Positions 1 to 10,941 of a stretch of DNA of 64,000 bases are shown one piece after another. The position numbers and the translations under genes were made by a program. The stretch is from contig NGBS01001193.1 of the NCBI GenBank assembly GCA_002245135.1, positions 1 through 64,000 on the forward strand, given 5' to 3'. The stretch is from Proteromonas lacertae. Taxonomy: Eukaryota. The notes below the pieces were generated by a model that was given only the letters and a program-made list of their open reading frames with translations, searched no databases and had not been told where the DNA came from. The first letter of the stretch is position 1; every line of letters starts with the position of its first letter.

Positions 1-291
1 TTATGATTTTATGATACAATGTGAGCCAGATTTGGCGAGAAAGAATGTGATTTGTCAGATAAAACAAAGATTTGGATATTCACGGAAAAGCAATTCTCGT
101 CTTACAAAACCTTGTTTTGGTTCTTCTCCTTGCCTTAAAATGTTTCTTTATAGTTCAAGTCATAAAGTTTCTAAAACAAATTAGCTCACCCAGAATTGGA
201 AAAGATAAGTCATGAATCATTTTCTAAAAGAATAAAACTTTCATTATCCACACCTAAATCAATAAAACCATTCAATTACGAAGATAGTTAG
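1..291 (+). CDS. 3' end of a hypothetical protein gene (partial)
   Basis: Frame 2 is open from base 2. Removing a putative 26-nt GT..TAG intron (159-184) extends it to TAG at 289-291. No family recognised. Confidence 0.35.
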
Positions 292-434
292 GATAATCAT
301 TTTATATATAGTATAATTGCACAATTATTTATAATAATTATTTTGAAAATCAAATAAACCTTTCAATAATGATAAAATTTAAAAATATAATTTTCTCAAG
401 CTTTATCTCGAACCAAGAATTTTCTTTTTTTGAG

Positions 435-1590
435 ATGAAGAGTAGGCTGTAATATTTAATATTTTATAGATATTAATAGTGATGATGAAACTCAAAGGAT
501 GGAAGAGGAAGAATCTCTACTGAAGAAAACTACTCCAGATAAAAAGACTGTATTTTGATGAATTTTATTAATATAGAGTGATTCACTGTATATATCTGTT
601 GGTATTTGCATATTTTATGCTACTGCATCGATGACACTCTCCTTAGTTAACAAAGTATATTCCTTTTGTGTGTTATTGTAATAGAGTGTGTTATCAGTCT
701 ATGAATTCAAATATCCTTGTACTTTATTTGCAATACAATTAACTTGTTCTCTCATAGTTCTAACATTGTGTGATGTATTTTTATGTACTATGATTAAAAT
801 AGCATTATCATCTTCTGGAACTTCCAAAGATCACCACTCAGTTGATAAAACAAGCATTTCCCGTTGCTTTGTTCAATATTTGCAATACAATAGCAGGATT
901 TCTTGGTTTGAGATTTGTTGATATTCCAATGTTTTTATGTATAAGAAGAACAACCACAGCATTTACATTATTATCAGAATATTTTATTATGCATAAAGTT
1001 GCGCCAAGGAAAATCAGAGTTCAATATATATAGTTACAATTGGAGCAATAGTTGCAGATGTGATACATTTGTCATATCTTTTATTAATTTTACTGAATAA
1101 ATATGTTTTCTTTAATACTATATACAGTGGTTTTAAAGGTTATGCGTTTACAATTCTTAACAATTGCTTCACAGCTTGCTATTTAGCATTAATGAATCAA
1201 TTTTGTAAAAATACAGGAATTAAAGCATTTGGATTGATGTATTACAATGCACTGTTATCTCTTCCGATGACATTATTGTGTCTACCTTTTGTAGATCCGA
1301 TTTCTCAACTATCAAGCTTTGAACACTGGATAGAGTTAAAATTTTTGTTATCATTATTAGCTAGTTCATTATTAGGAGTAGTTTTAGTTTATGCTACCAC
1401 ATTATGTTCAACTTATAATTCTCCAGTTGCTACTTCAGTTACTGGAAATATTAAAGATTTGTTGCTTACTGTGCTAGGATATTTGCTATTTGAAACTACA
1501 TTGTCAAAATATGCTGTTATTGGAATTATTATTTCATTTACAGGTAGCTTTGTTTATTCTTATTTCAAACTAAATATGAATAAGCATTAA
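435..1590 (+). CDS. Nucleotide-sugar transporter, SLC35D/GONST-like (TPT/DMT superfamily)
   Basis: ATG 435 and introns 442-469, 550-576, 655-684 and 775-802 join the track ORFs. Motifs SLVNK, IPMFLCIRR, FGLMYYN, NSPVATSVTGNIK and multiple TM segments. Apparent 1-nt deletion near 1020; structure at 1055-1130 is uncertain. Confidence 0.85.
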
Positions 1591-1608
1591 TTAAATCTAA
1601 TATTATAT

Positions 1609-1616
1609 TGTTTGTT
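1609..1616 (+). promoter_or_regulatory. TGTTTGTT GU-rich 3'-end processing/polyadenylation motif
   Basis: Exact TGTTTGTT about 18 nt after the transporter stop. This motif marks poly(A) sites in Blastocystis. Confidence 0.55.
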
Positions 1617-1708
1617 TTTTTGCATTGAGAAAGAATGACTTTTGGTGTGTTATTTACGTAATTGTGGTAATTTTGGGTAATTATTTCGTTTTTACATCAA
1701 CTGATTTA

Positions 1709-3968
1709 ATGTGGCGTAACCGTAGATCTCAGGAAGGTAATACCCGGGAAAAAAGAATAAATGACTTCGTCGATATAGTTAGATGTATAATTGACACAGG
1801 CAGTCGTAATACAGCACTAGCTAACATTCTGAAGTATTTTTGCATCTATATCCCTATAGTTTGCTTTTAAATTTAATGAATAACTATGATGAGTTGTTTA
1901 AAAGAATAAATGAGTGTGTAGAGCAAACTCTTGTTCTTCACGATTTTGACAATTACAAACCAGATGCGCCTGAGCCTGACGCATTTAGATATGTTTTAAA
2001 CATTTTAATCGACTATAAGAAAAGAGGTACTGAATTAGAGTCAATTCTCTTCCACGTTGAAAATCAATTTGGTCCACATGTTAGTGACAAAAATGGAGAA
2101 GTGTTATCAGTTTATGGATCCTTTATGAAGCTGATTGGAGAAAAATTACGAAATTCAGCAAAATTCCAGCCATTTATAAATGCATTACACGATGTTATTA
2201 ATAAATTCCGTAGAGAAGAAACAACCCACATTACATTAGATGAATTAGAAGACTGTCTTGTCATATTAGTAGCAATTGTTGGTAAGTATGATAGAGTATT
2301 ATATAACACATTTTCTGAAAGGTTTTTGAATGATGCTAAAAGTTATTATCAAGACAAAACATCTGTTTTACTCAATCATAATGAAATGATGGCGTGTATT
2401 AATGATATTAGCACTCAACAAAAGAAAGAATATATATTTACAATTGAACAAATACCTGCAAGATTGGGTAAACAATATGCTGATGTTATTGCTGAGATAT
2501 TAATAACACCAAAAGTTACAGAGATTTGTGGAGTATATATATATATATATATTATATATTATAGAAAACAATTGGTTTAAAAAGTTACTTCAGTTAGATT
2601 ATCAACATAAAGAAGAATTAGCAATAGTTTATAATTTCTTCCACGAAGTTCCAACTGCATTTGTAGAGTTTAATAAAATATACCAAGAAATCTATTATGG
2701 TATATTAGTTGAAGCATTAGATGCATATAAGACTGCAGATCCTCTTCAATATATAGAACATGTAATTGAAATAGTTGAACATCATAACACTATAGTTCAA
2801 AGCTATATGAAGAATGATAAAGTTATATCTGAAGGTAGAGTTGATACAATTCATACAGCCATTACTAATACCAATGAATCTGCACCATCTGAAGGTTTAG
2901 CTTATTATTTAGATAAATGGTTAAAAGCATCTGATTCAAAAGAGAATATAAAATCACATATTGATATGGGATTGAGATTCTTATCTTTATTAAGAGATAA
3001 AGATATATTCATTGATTATGCTTATAAAAATTTGTTATGTAGTAGATTGTTAGAAGGTAAATCAACAGATAATGATTATGAAAGATATATTGTCAAACAA
3101 TTACAAGAGCAATATAACGTTAACTTTGGTAAATCATGTTTCGATTTGTTAGATACATACGATAATGAAGTAGTTGAAAGTGATAAGAGAAGTAAAAAAT
3201 TCAAAAAAGAACATCCTACAGTTCCAGATATGAATGTAATTGTATTAAACAAAACTTCATTTGATGATATTGAAAATATACCAGATCCTCATAATTTGAT
3301 GACTTTAGTTCATCCTTATAGACAATTCTATCAGAAGATATTTGGAGGTAGGAATTTAACATTTTTATACTTTGAAGGTAAGATTACTTTGGAATATACA
3401 GTTACTGGTCATGTATTTGTTGTTCCACCAATTGTAGCTGCATTTCTATTATCTTATAGTAAAGATAAGACTGAAATGTCGATTAAAGAATTTTTATCTT
3501 CAATTGCTGTTAATGAAAATGAAGATACTAGTATTGCCAAAGAAATTAGCTGCTTATCTTAATTCATTGTGCTTTAAGAAAGGTGCAAATAATCCACCAT
3601 TAAGTGTAGAAATAAAAGGTGGTAAAAAAATTGTTCCAGTTGATGCAAAAATCAAATTAATTAAAAATTATAGAAGTGGTGCTTCTAAAATTACATTTGA
3701 ACCACAGACAAAGAAGAAGAAGATCACAGGTAAATTACCTGAAAGGCTTGATGAAGATCGTTCTAATAGAATGGAAGCTTATATTGTAAGATATTGTAAA
3801 GCTAGAAATAGAGTTCCAGTAAATGAAATTCACTCAGAAACCAAGAAATTTGTGGAAGATAAATTTGAAGTTCAACCAGATGATGTTGATAAGGTTATCT
3901 TAGAGTTATGTGGTAGAGGATATTTGAGATTGGAAGAAGAAAATACCTATGTTCAATATCTAGCATAA
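1709..3968 (+). CDS. Divergent cullin-family protein
   Basis: Cullin homology motifs (LAYYLDKWLK, DKDIFIDY..LCSRLL) and C-terminal neddylation domain EDRSNRMEAYIVRYCKAR...RGYL...YLA. Introns 1834-1859 and 2533-2564; one extra A near 3540 joins the last two ORFs. Confidence 0.85.
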
Positions 3969-4170
3969 AAATAATGAATTATTATTCTGTTATTTGATTT
4001 TTTGAATTTTACATAAAATGAGTAATTTACTTAAAGTATTACATTAGTGAGTTTTTGAAATCTTTAATTGTACGATCAGTGTAAAGTGAATAAAAACATT
4101 TTTTTGCATTTATTAGTGCTTAATTATTTGCCAAAACCCCTTGAAATAGATATTGAGAGGAACAAATAAA

Positions 4171-6999
4171 ATGGGTTGCATAAATTCAAAACCTAATGGA
4201 GAAGCAGCAAATCCAGAACAAGGAAAACAGCAAGATCATAGAGAATCAGAAGAAGAGATAGATATAAAGGCATTAACTGGAAATAATAACGACACTGAAA
4301 TAAAAACTACTCCAAAAAGTATCAATGCTCCAGAAAATGTAAATAATTGTAGTAATGATGTTAAACCCGCTGAAAAGGAAGAGGAAATAAGAAAACCAGA
4401 GGATTGTGAAGTAAAAAGTAGCAAGGAAACAAATGAAGAAAAACCTATTCTAAAGAAAGAAAAGTCAATAAAAAATGAAGAGTCCAATCGAAAAAATTCA
4501 ACAAAATCAAAAGATAGTACAAAAGCAAAGGAAGAAAAAAGTCATCATCATAAACATCATAAAAGTGAAAAATCATCTCCAAGGAAGGAATCCTCACCAA
4601 AGAAAGAAGATAGTGAAAAACTTGAGGAAAATCCAAATTCAGAAGAAAAACCTAAAGAAGAAGATGAAACTGAAAATAAACCAAAAGAAGAAGAAACAAA
4701 ACTAACTGCAGAAGAAAAAGAAGACACAAAATTGAATAACAAAGAAAATGCTTTATTAAAATCACCGAATAAGACAGGTTTACCTCCAAAGCCACGAAGA
4801 GGATCAACTGCTTCAGTAGAAGGATCAATACCATCACTATCATCATGTGGAGATATAAATTTAGCTGAATCACCAATGAGAGGTCCACCTCGTTTAAGTA
4901 ATACAAATATAAGAAGGAAGAGTAGTATTAGGGTGAGAAGTAATAGTGATGAACCGATTGAAATACCTATTATTCCATCATTTAAATCAACGTTACTAGC
5001 GAAGAATACATTGGTGGAAGCTGAACCTGAAGAAACTGTAAAAATTGAAAAGTATTATATATATGATTTTTAATGTTTATAGTCAATGTATTTACAAAGA
5101 TTTTGATAAGTATTACAGATTAGGAAAACCACTAGGAGGTGGCAATTTTGGTAAAGTATATGAAGCATATGATCTTACTAGCAGTATAAATATTTAAATG
5201 GTTATTAATATTTCATAGATTATAAAGTTGCAGTAAAGAAAGTACAAATTAGTAGAAGTATGTATCCAATTATCAAAAGAGAAGTTGATATAACAGCTAG
5301 TTTATCACATCCAAATATTCAGAAATGTTTTGGAGTTTTTGCTGATCAAAAATATTTATATATTGTGAATGAAATCATCAGTGGAGGTGAATTATTAACT
5401 GAAATAAACAAAGTGAAGATCTTTCCAATGGAAAGAGTGAAGTTGATATTCATTACCTTAGGAAAAGCAATCTATTACTGTCATAAACAAAAGGTAATTC
5501 ATAGAGATATTAAACCAGAGAATATATTATATGCTATTCCAGAAGATGATAAATCATTGAAATTAATAGATTTTGGATTTGCTAAAGCAATGGAAGAAGA
5601 AAAATCACAGCATGGAGTGTGTGGAACACCAGAATATATTGCTCCAGAAATTATTTCTAGTAAACCATATGATGAAAAAGCTGATATATGGTCATTAGGA
5701 GTAATCGCTTTTCTGTTAATTACTGGAAAATTGCCTTTTCCACCAAATAGAAATCCAAATGTGTTATTTAGTTATATAAAATCAGGTAATTATAGTTTGA
5801 AAGATCCAATTTGGGATACTGATATGTATGCTAAAAGATTTGTTCAAAAATGTTTACAGGTTGATCCTTCTCATCGATTCGATGCTTTAGAACTGTTACA
5901 AGCTCCATTTCTAACATCTCATCATGATTATATAGAGTTAACTAAGTATGATTTACCAAAAAGAAATGATTTAAGAGTAAGTTATATAAATAGAGTGAAT
6001 GATTCAAAACTTACACCAGCAAGTGTTGAAGAATTATATGATTTTGAAAAGATTATTGGGTTTGGAACTGTTGGTTGTGTATATAAAGCAAAACATAAGA
6101 AAATCAATGATCCAATAGTTGCAGCTAAAGCTATAAAAGTAATAAGAAGAGATTTGATTAAAAGATCTTACAATTCTCTGTATGATGATATCGGAGCACC
6201 TTTGAGTTTTAAACATCTTAATTTAGTCACTGTTATACAGATAGAAGAAACAAATGATTATATTTTTGTTGTTGAATCTTTATTATCAAAGAGTAATAAT
6301 CTGGTTACATGTTTATCAAAAAGAAAGACATTTTATCAATCTGATGTTCAATATATCATTTATTATATTGTGCAAGCTTTATGTTCTTCTGAATGTGTTT
6401 CAAGTGCTCATAAGAATATAAAACCAGATAATATATTCTTAACTAATCCAGAGGATGTAACATCAGTAATGCTAACAGGTTATGGATTAGGATTAGATTA
6501 TTTCTTAAAGAAAGATAGAGATTTCTTGGTGAAAGAAGAAGAGACTGAAAGAAGTAGATTAGAAGACAAATTCTTCGTAAAAGACTTTTTAGCACCAGAA
6601 TATTTTCAACATGGAAGACTTACAAAACAAAGTGATAGTTGGTCTGTTGGAGTGTTGACATATTTTCTTATTACTGCTTCTTTACCATTTTCAACTGGAA
6701 GAGACACAGTTGATGCTGTAAAGTGTTTATATAATGGAATCACTGAAGATTACTTTAAAGATGAATATTTCAATTCAATTAGTAGTGAATGTAAAGATTT
6801 TATTATGAGTTTAGCACAAGCTGATCCTTATGTAAGAAAATCATTATTTGATGTTGCTCAACATCCATTCTTGGCAGCAACAATAGAAGATGTTGATTTA
6901 AGTAGTTTAATACCATTATTTAAGAAATACAGTGATGAAAGGAAAGAAATTAGAAAAGAAAGAGATAAAATTCAAGAAATAGAGTATTTTGCCTGTTAA
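4171..6999 (+). CDS. CAMK-like Ser/Thr kinase with tandem C-terminal pseudokinase domain and MGC N-terminus (paralog A)
   Basis: MGCINSK start, charged low-complexity N-terminus, and two short introns (about 5052-5082 and 5185-5218). Domain 1 has GGGNFG, VAVK, HRDIKPEN, DFG and APE. Domain 2 has HKNIKPDN and TGYG in place of HRD/DFG. Confidence 0.9.
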
Positions 7000-7164
7000 T
7001 TTGTATATTGTAAAATCAGATGTAAATTAAAAGATAAATTAGGAAAGATTCTAGATTACATTAAACATATACATATTTTATATTGATTATGTGATTATCT
7101 TTTTATCTTTTGTGTTTTTTTTTTTTAATCCAACAAAAAATAAAAAAAATAAATGAAATTCTAT

Positions 7165-7192
7165 GTATAAAACTGGGTTGAATAATAAAGGG
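7165..7192. repeat. Left 8-bp target-site duplication (GTATAAAA) and TIR of the hAT element
   Basis: GTATAAAA|CTGGGTTGAATAATAAAGGG read directly from the sequence. Confidence 0.9.
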
Positions 7193-7395
7193 ACAGGGCA
7201 GTGGCGGGACAAGGGCATGTCCCGGGCAAAAATTGAAAGGGGCGTCCTTTATACTATCTAAAAATAGAAAAGGGTACAATTTGCCCTTTTCAATTATTTT
7301 ATTTGAATTTTTATATTTTGTGCGATTTTAGGGATATTAAACGCTATAAAAATATTTATTCTTTTCATAATTATGTATTATTATCTTATAACAAT

Positions 7396-7403
7396 AACAA
7401 ACA
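7396..7403 (-). promoter_or_regulatory. TGTTTGTT 3'-end motif of the transposase transcript
   Basis: AACAAACA on the + strand, about 25 nt downstream of the transposase stop. Confidence 0.5.
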
Positions 7404-7428
7404 ATAATATTTCATTATAATAATAGCC

Positions 7429-9234
7429 TTAAAAGTAAGGGCTTTGAGATCCTTCATCACTAAAACCTTCATCACTAGAACTTTCATCACTTAAACCTTC
7501 ATCGCTAGAACTACCAGAACTTTCATCTTCATCACCAGAACATTGATAATCTAAAGTGTCATATACTATATTGTTATCAATTTCATTCAGCACATCTAAA
7601 TTATATTCTTCTTCACTAATATCATTATCATCTTCATTTATATCTTTTTCTTTGTTTTTTTCTTTTAATAAATCATATTTTATTCTTAAAATATTATTTA
7701 TAGTATTAAGCTGTAATTTATTTCTAATATGATTATGAACTATTCCCTCAATACTAAATGAACGTTCAATAAATGAGCTTGTGACAGGAATAGTTGAAAG
7801 AATATCATATAGCTTCTTAACATTTGGGTAAAAAACTCCATACATATTGTACCATATATTAGTTGATATCTTTTTCGAAAATATATCTGAAGGGCACTTT
7901 TTGCAGTATGGTTTTCTTCTTTCAAAATGATAAATCTCATTTAATGCTTTCTGATTTAAAATAGGGCTGAATTTAGATAATATATATCTTTTTATATTAT
8001 CCTTCTCCATGTCTGAAAATTTATGTTTACTGTTTATGTCTAAAAATTCATATAGAGCTAAAATGCTGTAGTTTGCATGTCTAGTCTCTTTTTTTATAAT
8101 GTCTTTAATAAGTTCTTTTTCACTTGATGACCTTTTCATTAACTTTCTTTTAATTTTGGTCAATATTCTGAAACCATCATTTAATGTAGATGAATCTTTG
8201 CATAATAAGTGTATATTTGTGGAAATATATTTTGCAATCTTGTAGCATTCTTTAATTTCTTGTATATCTTCTTCCTTTAATAATTTTATCTGTAATAAAA
8301 TTTCTTTATTGAGTAATATTTTTCTAAATACATCGCTATAGCTTGACCATCTCGTATCACAACCCTTGCGTATTTGGATATTTTTTTGTATAATTGAATA
8401 TATAGTTTCTCTAATCTTTTGATTATTATTTAACTTATGAATAATGTCATTACACATGACTATCACTTTTTTGTATTTCTCTATTTCGAATACTTTTTTA
8501 CTGATTAAGTTTAGGATGTGTGCTAAACATCCAAACTTTACTACAGGTCTATTTATTTTTTTCTCTAAAATACTACTTATCTTTTTCATGGTGTAGTTGT
8601 TATCACTACTCACAGCAACAATGTTTTTAATATCTAGTTTATACTTCACTAATGTTTGAATTATTAATTCCACTATATTTTCTGATGTTTCTCGTTTATG
8701 TAAATAAATGGATTCCAAAAACGAAATATCACTGCTTTTCTTTATTGCCAAATTAATAACGTTTTCATTGGTTACTGATTTCCAAGCGTCCACAATTATA
8801 CATATTTTACTGTTATCTACAATTTCCTTTACTATTCTTTCTGCTTCTTCGTTCATTGATGCTTTTATTTTGTTTATTGTTATTGACTTTGTAGTTGGAT
8901 TTAATGTATATATTAGATTTTTAAAGGATTTAGATTGTATGGTTCTGAAAGCTAAGTTATTTTCTATAAGATATTTGGTCACCATTAAGTTTATTGCACG
9001 TTCATCATATCTCAATTATGTAAGTTTTGATTGGATTAGCTTTTCACTACATCTAATTTAATAAATATAATAAATATATTTATACTTTTTGTAATGACGT
9101 TTCAAATTAGTGCAATGAGCAATAATCATTGCCTTGCACCTTCTGCATTGAATTCTGTTGTATTTTTCAAGGGGTTTCTTTAACACCACATCTTCATTAA
9201 AGTATCTATACACAGCATCTCTCGTTTTACCCAT
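7429..9234 (-). CDS. hAT transposase (BED zinc finger, DDE core, C-terminal dimerisation domain) with one in-frame TAA
   Basis: ATG 9234. BED motif CRRC...LKRHYKK-C is completed across a 33-nt intron (9085-9053). Motifs IIVDAW, VSSDN, CLAHILNL, TRWSS, TSSFIERSFS and an acidic SSSDEG tail. In-frame TAA at 9018-9016. Confidence 0.88.
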
Positions 9235-9860
9235 ATACAATTGAAATGCAAAATGATAGCTCGAAATTCTCAAACCATTTTCTAAGTATTGAAATAATTG
9301 CTTGAAATACATTAAGTAGTATGCAAAATATACTAAATAGTAATTTTGAAATAGTTTTTCTATTAGTTTATGAAATATATTATGTTATTATCATAACAAG
9401 TACTATTGATTATCAATTAACTGAAAATACCCATTCTATAGCTATACTTCTTAATTATCTATATGATATATGTGTAATATACAAAATTATTTATTATATA
9501 AATTTCATTTATGTTCAGTGACGTCAATCACCTTGAAATGTACATAATGTATATATATGCATATCAGAATATGATATACAGTATGTATATTCTATATAAT
9601 TAGTATATATGCATAAACATATGATATTATATAATCATAAGAAAAGTAGATGACTATTATGCTATAATACACAATAATATATCCTTTTTAACATATGTTA
9701 GTATATCTAGATGATAATATGGAAAAGTTATAACAAAAAATCAGAAAAAATATACTACAGCATAACACATGGTAATATTACTATGCCCGAGCAGTAAGGG
9801 GCAGGCTTCTTTTCAGCTGAAAAAAAAGGGGCAAAAATAGGGCAAAATTCGAAAAGGACG

Positions 9861-9885
9861 CCCTTTATCGAACCCAGGTATAAAA
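9861..9885. repeat. Right TIR and 8-bp target-site duplication of the hAT element
   Basis: CCCTTTATCGAACCCAG|GTATAAAA read directly from the sequence. Confidence 0.9.
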
Positions 9886-9947
9886 GTAAATATATATTAC
9901 ATAAGAAGATTAAATATGTTTATGTGTTTATAAAAATATAAGATAAT

Positions 9948-10900
9948 CTATTCTGTAATAAATGTGAAATAGTTTTCTTCTTTATATTGATTGTGATAAG
10001 ATCTCAGCATATCTCTTTCTCCTTGATACTGTTTGAAAAGTGGAATAATTAAGTCTAAATTTACATCAATCAATGTATTTGTCAAAAATGGATGGTTAGA
10101 AGCTTCTTGAATAGACATTCTACTGTTTGGATTAACATACAAACAATGAGAAATAAAATTTTTACATTCTGGAGCAATAGATTGCCAAAATTCATTTCTG
10201 AAATAATCATCATTAATACCAGCAAACATTGTATGAATTGTATCACAAGTGCTTTTTCCAGTTGAAAAAGGTAAATATCCACTGATAAGAAAATAGGTTA
10301 ATACGCCAATTGCCCATATATCACATGGTGATGATAACTTCTTATGATCGAAATATTCTGGTGGTAGAAAATCTAAAGATTGAAAATGATCATCTTCATC
10401 ACTTTCATATCCATTTTCATACTTTATATTATGATATTTTTCTGCAGATAACTATATAAACAATAAATAATATATATATACAAAGAAATCTTGTGAGATG
10501 TTATAATCAGATAACATAATACTTCTCAAATCATCAGGATCTATCAAATATATATTATCTGGTTTGATATTCTTATGAACATAGACATAATCACTGCTAG
10601 GATTATCAGATATTAAAGTAGAGATAATATAGCAAATAATACAAACAACATCATATTGTGTATAAGTTGTCCTTTGACTTAAACAAGCAATTAGTGAGTT
10701 TTCATAGGGAATAAAATCTTCGACAATGTATAAATAATCAACAGTTTCTTGGATTTGATAGACTTTCGTTATATTATCAGAAATGAAATATCCTCTTAAT
10801 TGTTCACTCAGATCTTTAATGAATGTCTGATATCTGTTTTGAATTAAATCTCTTTTAATTACTTTGATTGCTTTTACATCAAATTCTCCATTATAATTGG

Positions 10901-10941
<41 letters not shown>

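Larger units (their letters stand above)
7173..9877 (-). mobile_element. hAT-superfamily DNA transposon, full length (2,705 bp)
   Basis: Imperfect TIRs CTGGGTTGAATAATAAAGGG (7173) and CTGGGTTCGATAAAGGG (reverse complement ending 9877). Identical 8-bp flanks GTATAAAA at 7165-7172 and 9878-9885. GC-rich subterminal GGGCA/TGCCC repeats and an internal hAT transposase. Confidence 0.93.

Noticed and set aside
4236..4906. Short overlapping Ser/Phe/Leu-rich ORFs (also 12268-13297 and 42185-42526)
   Set aside because: They are antisense or alternative-frame by-products of Lys/Glu/Asp-rich low-complexity coding sequence.
9300..9780. Second gene inside the transposon (66-aa ORF 9321-9521)
   Set aside because: AT-rich, with no recognisable motifs; more likely the upstream non-coding region of the transposase.
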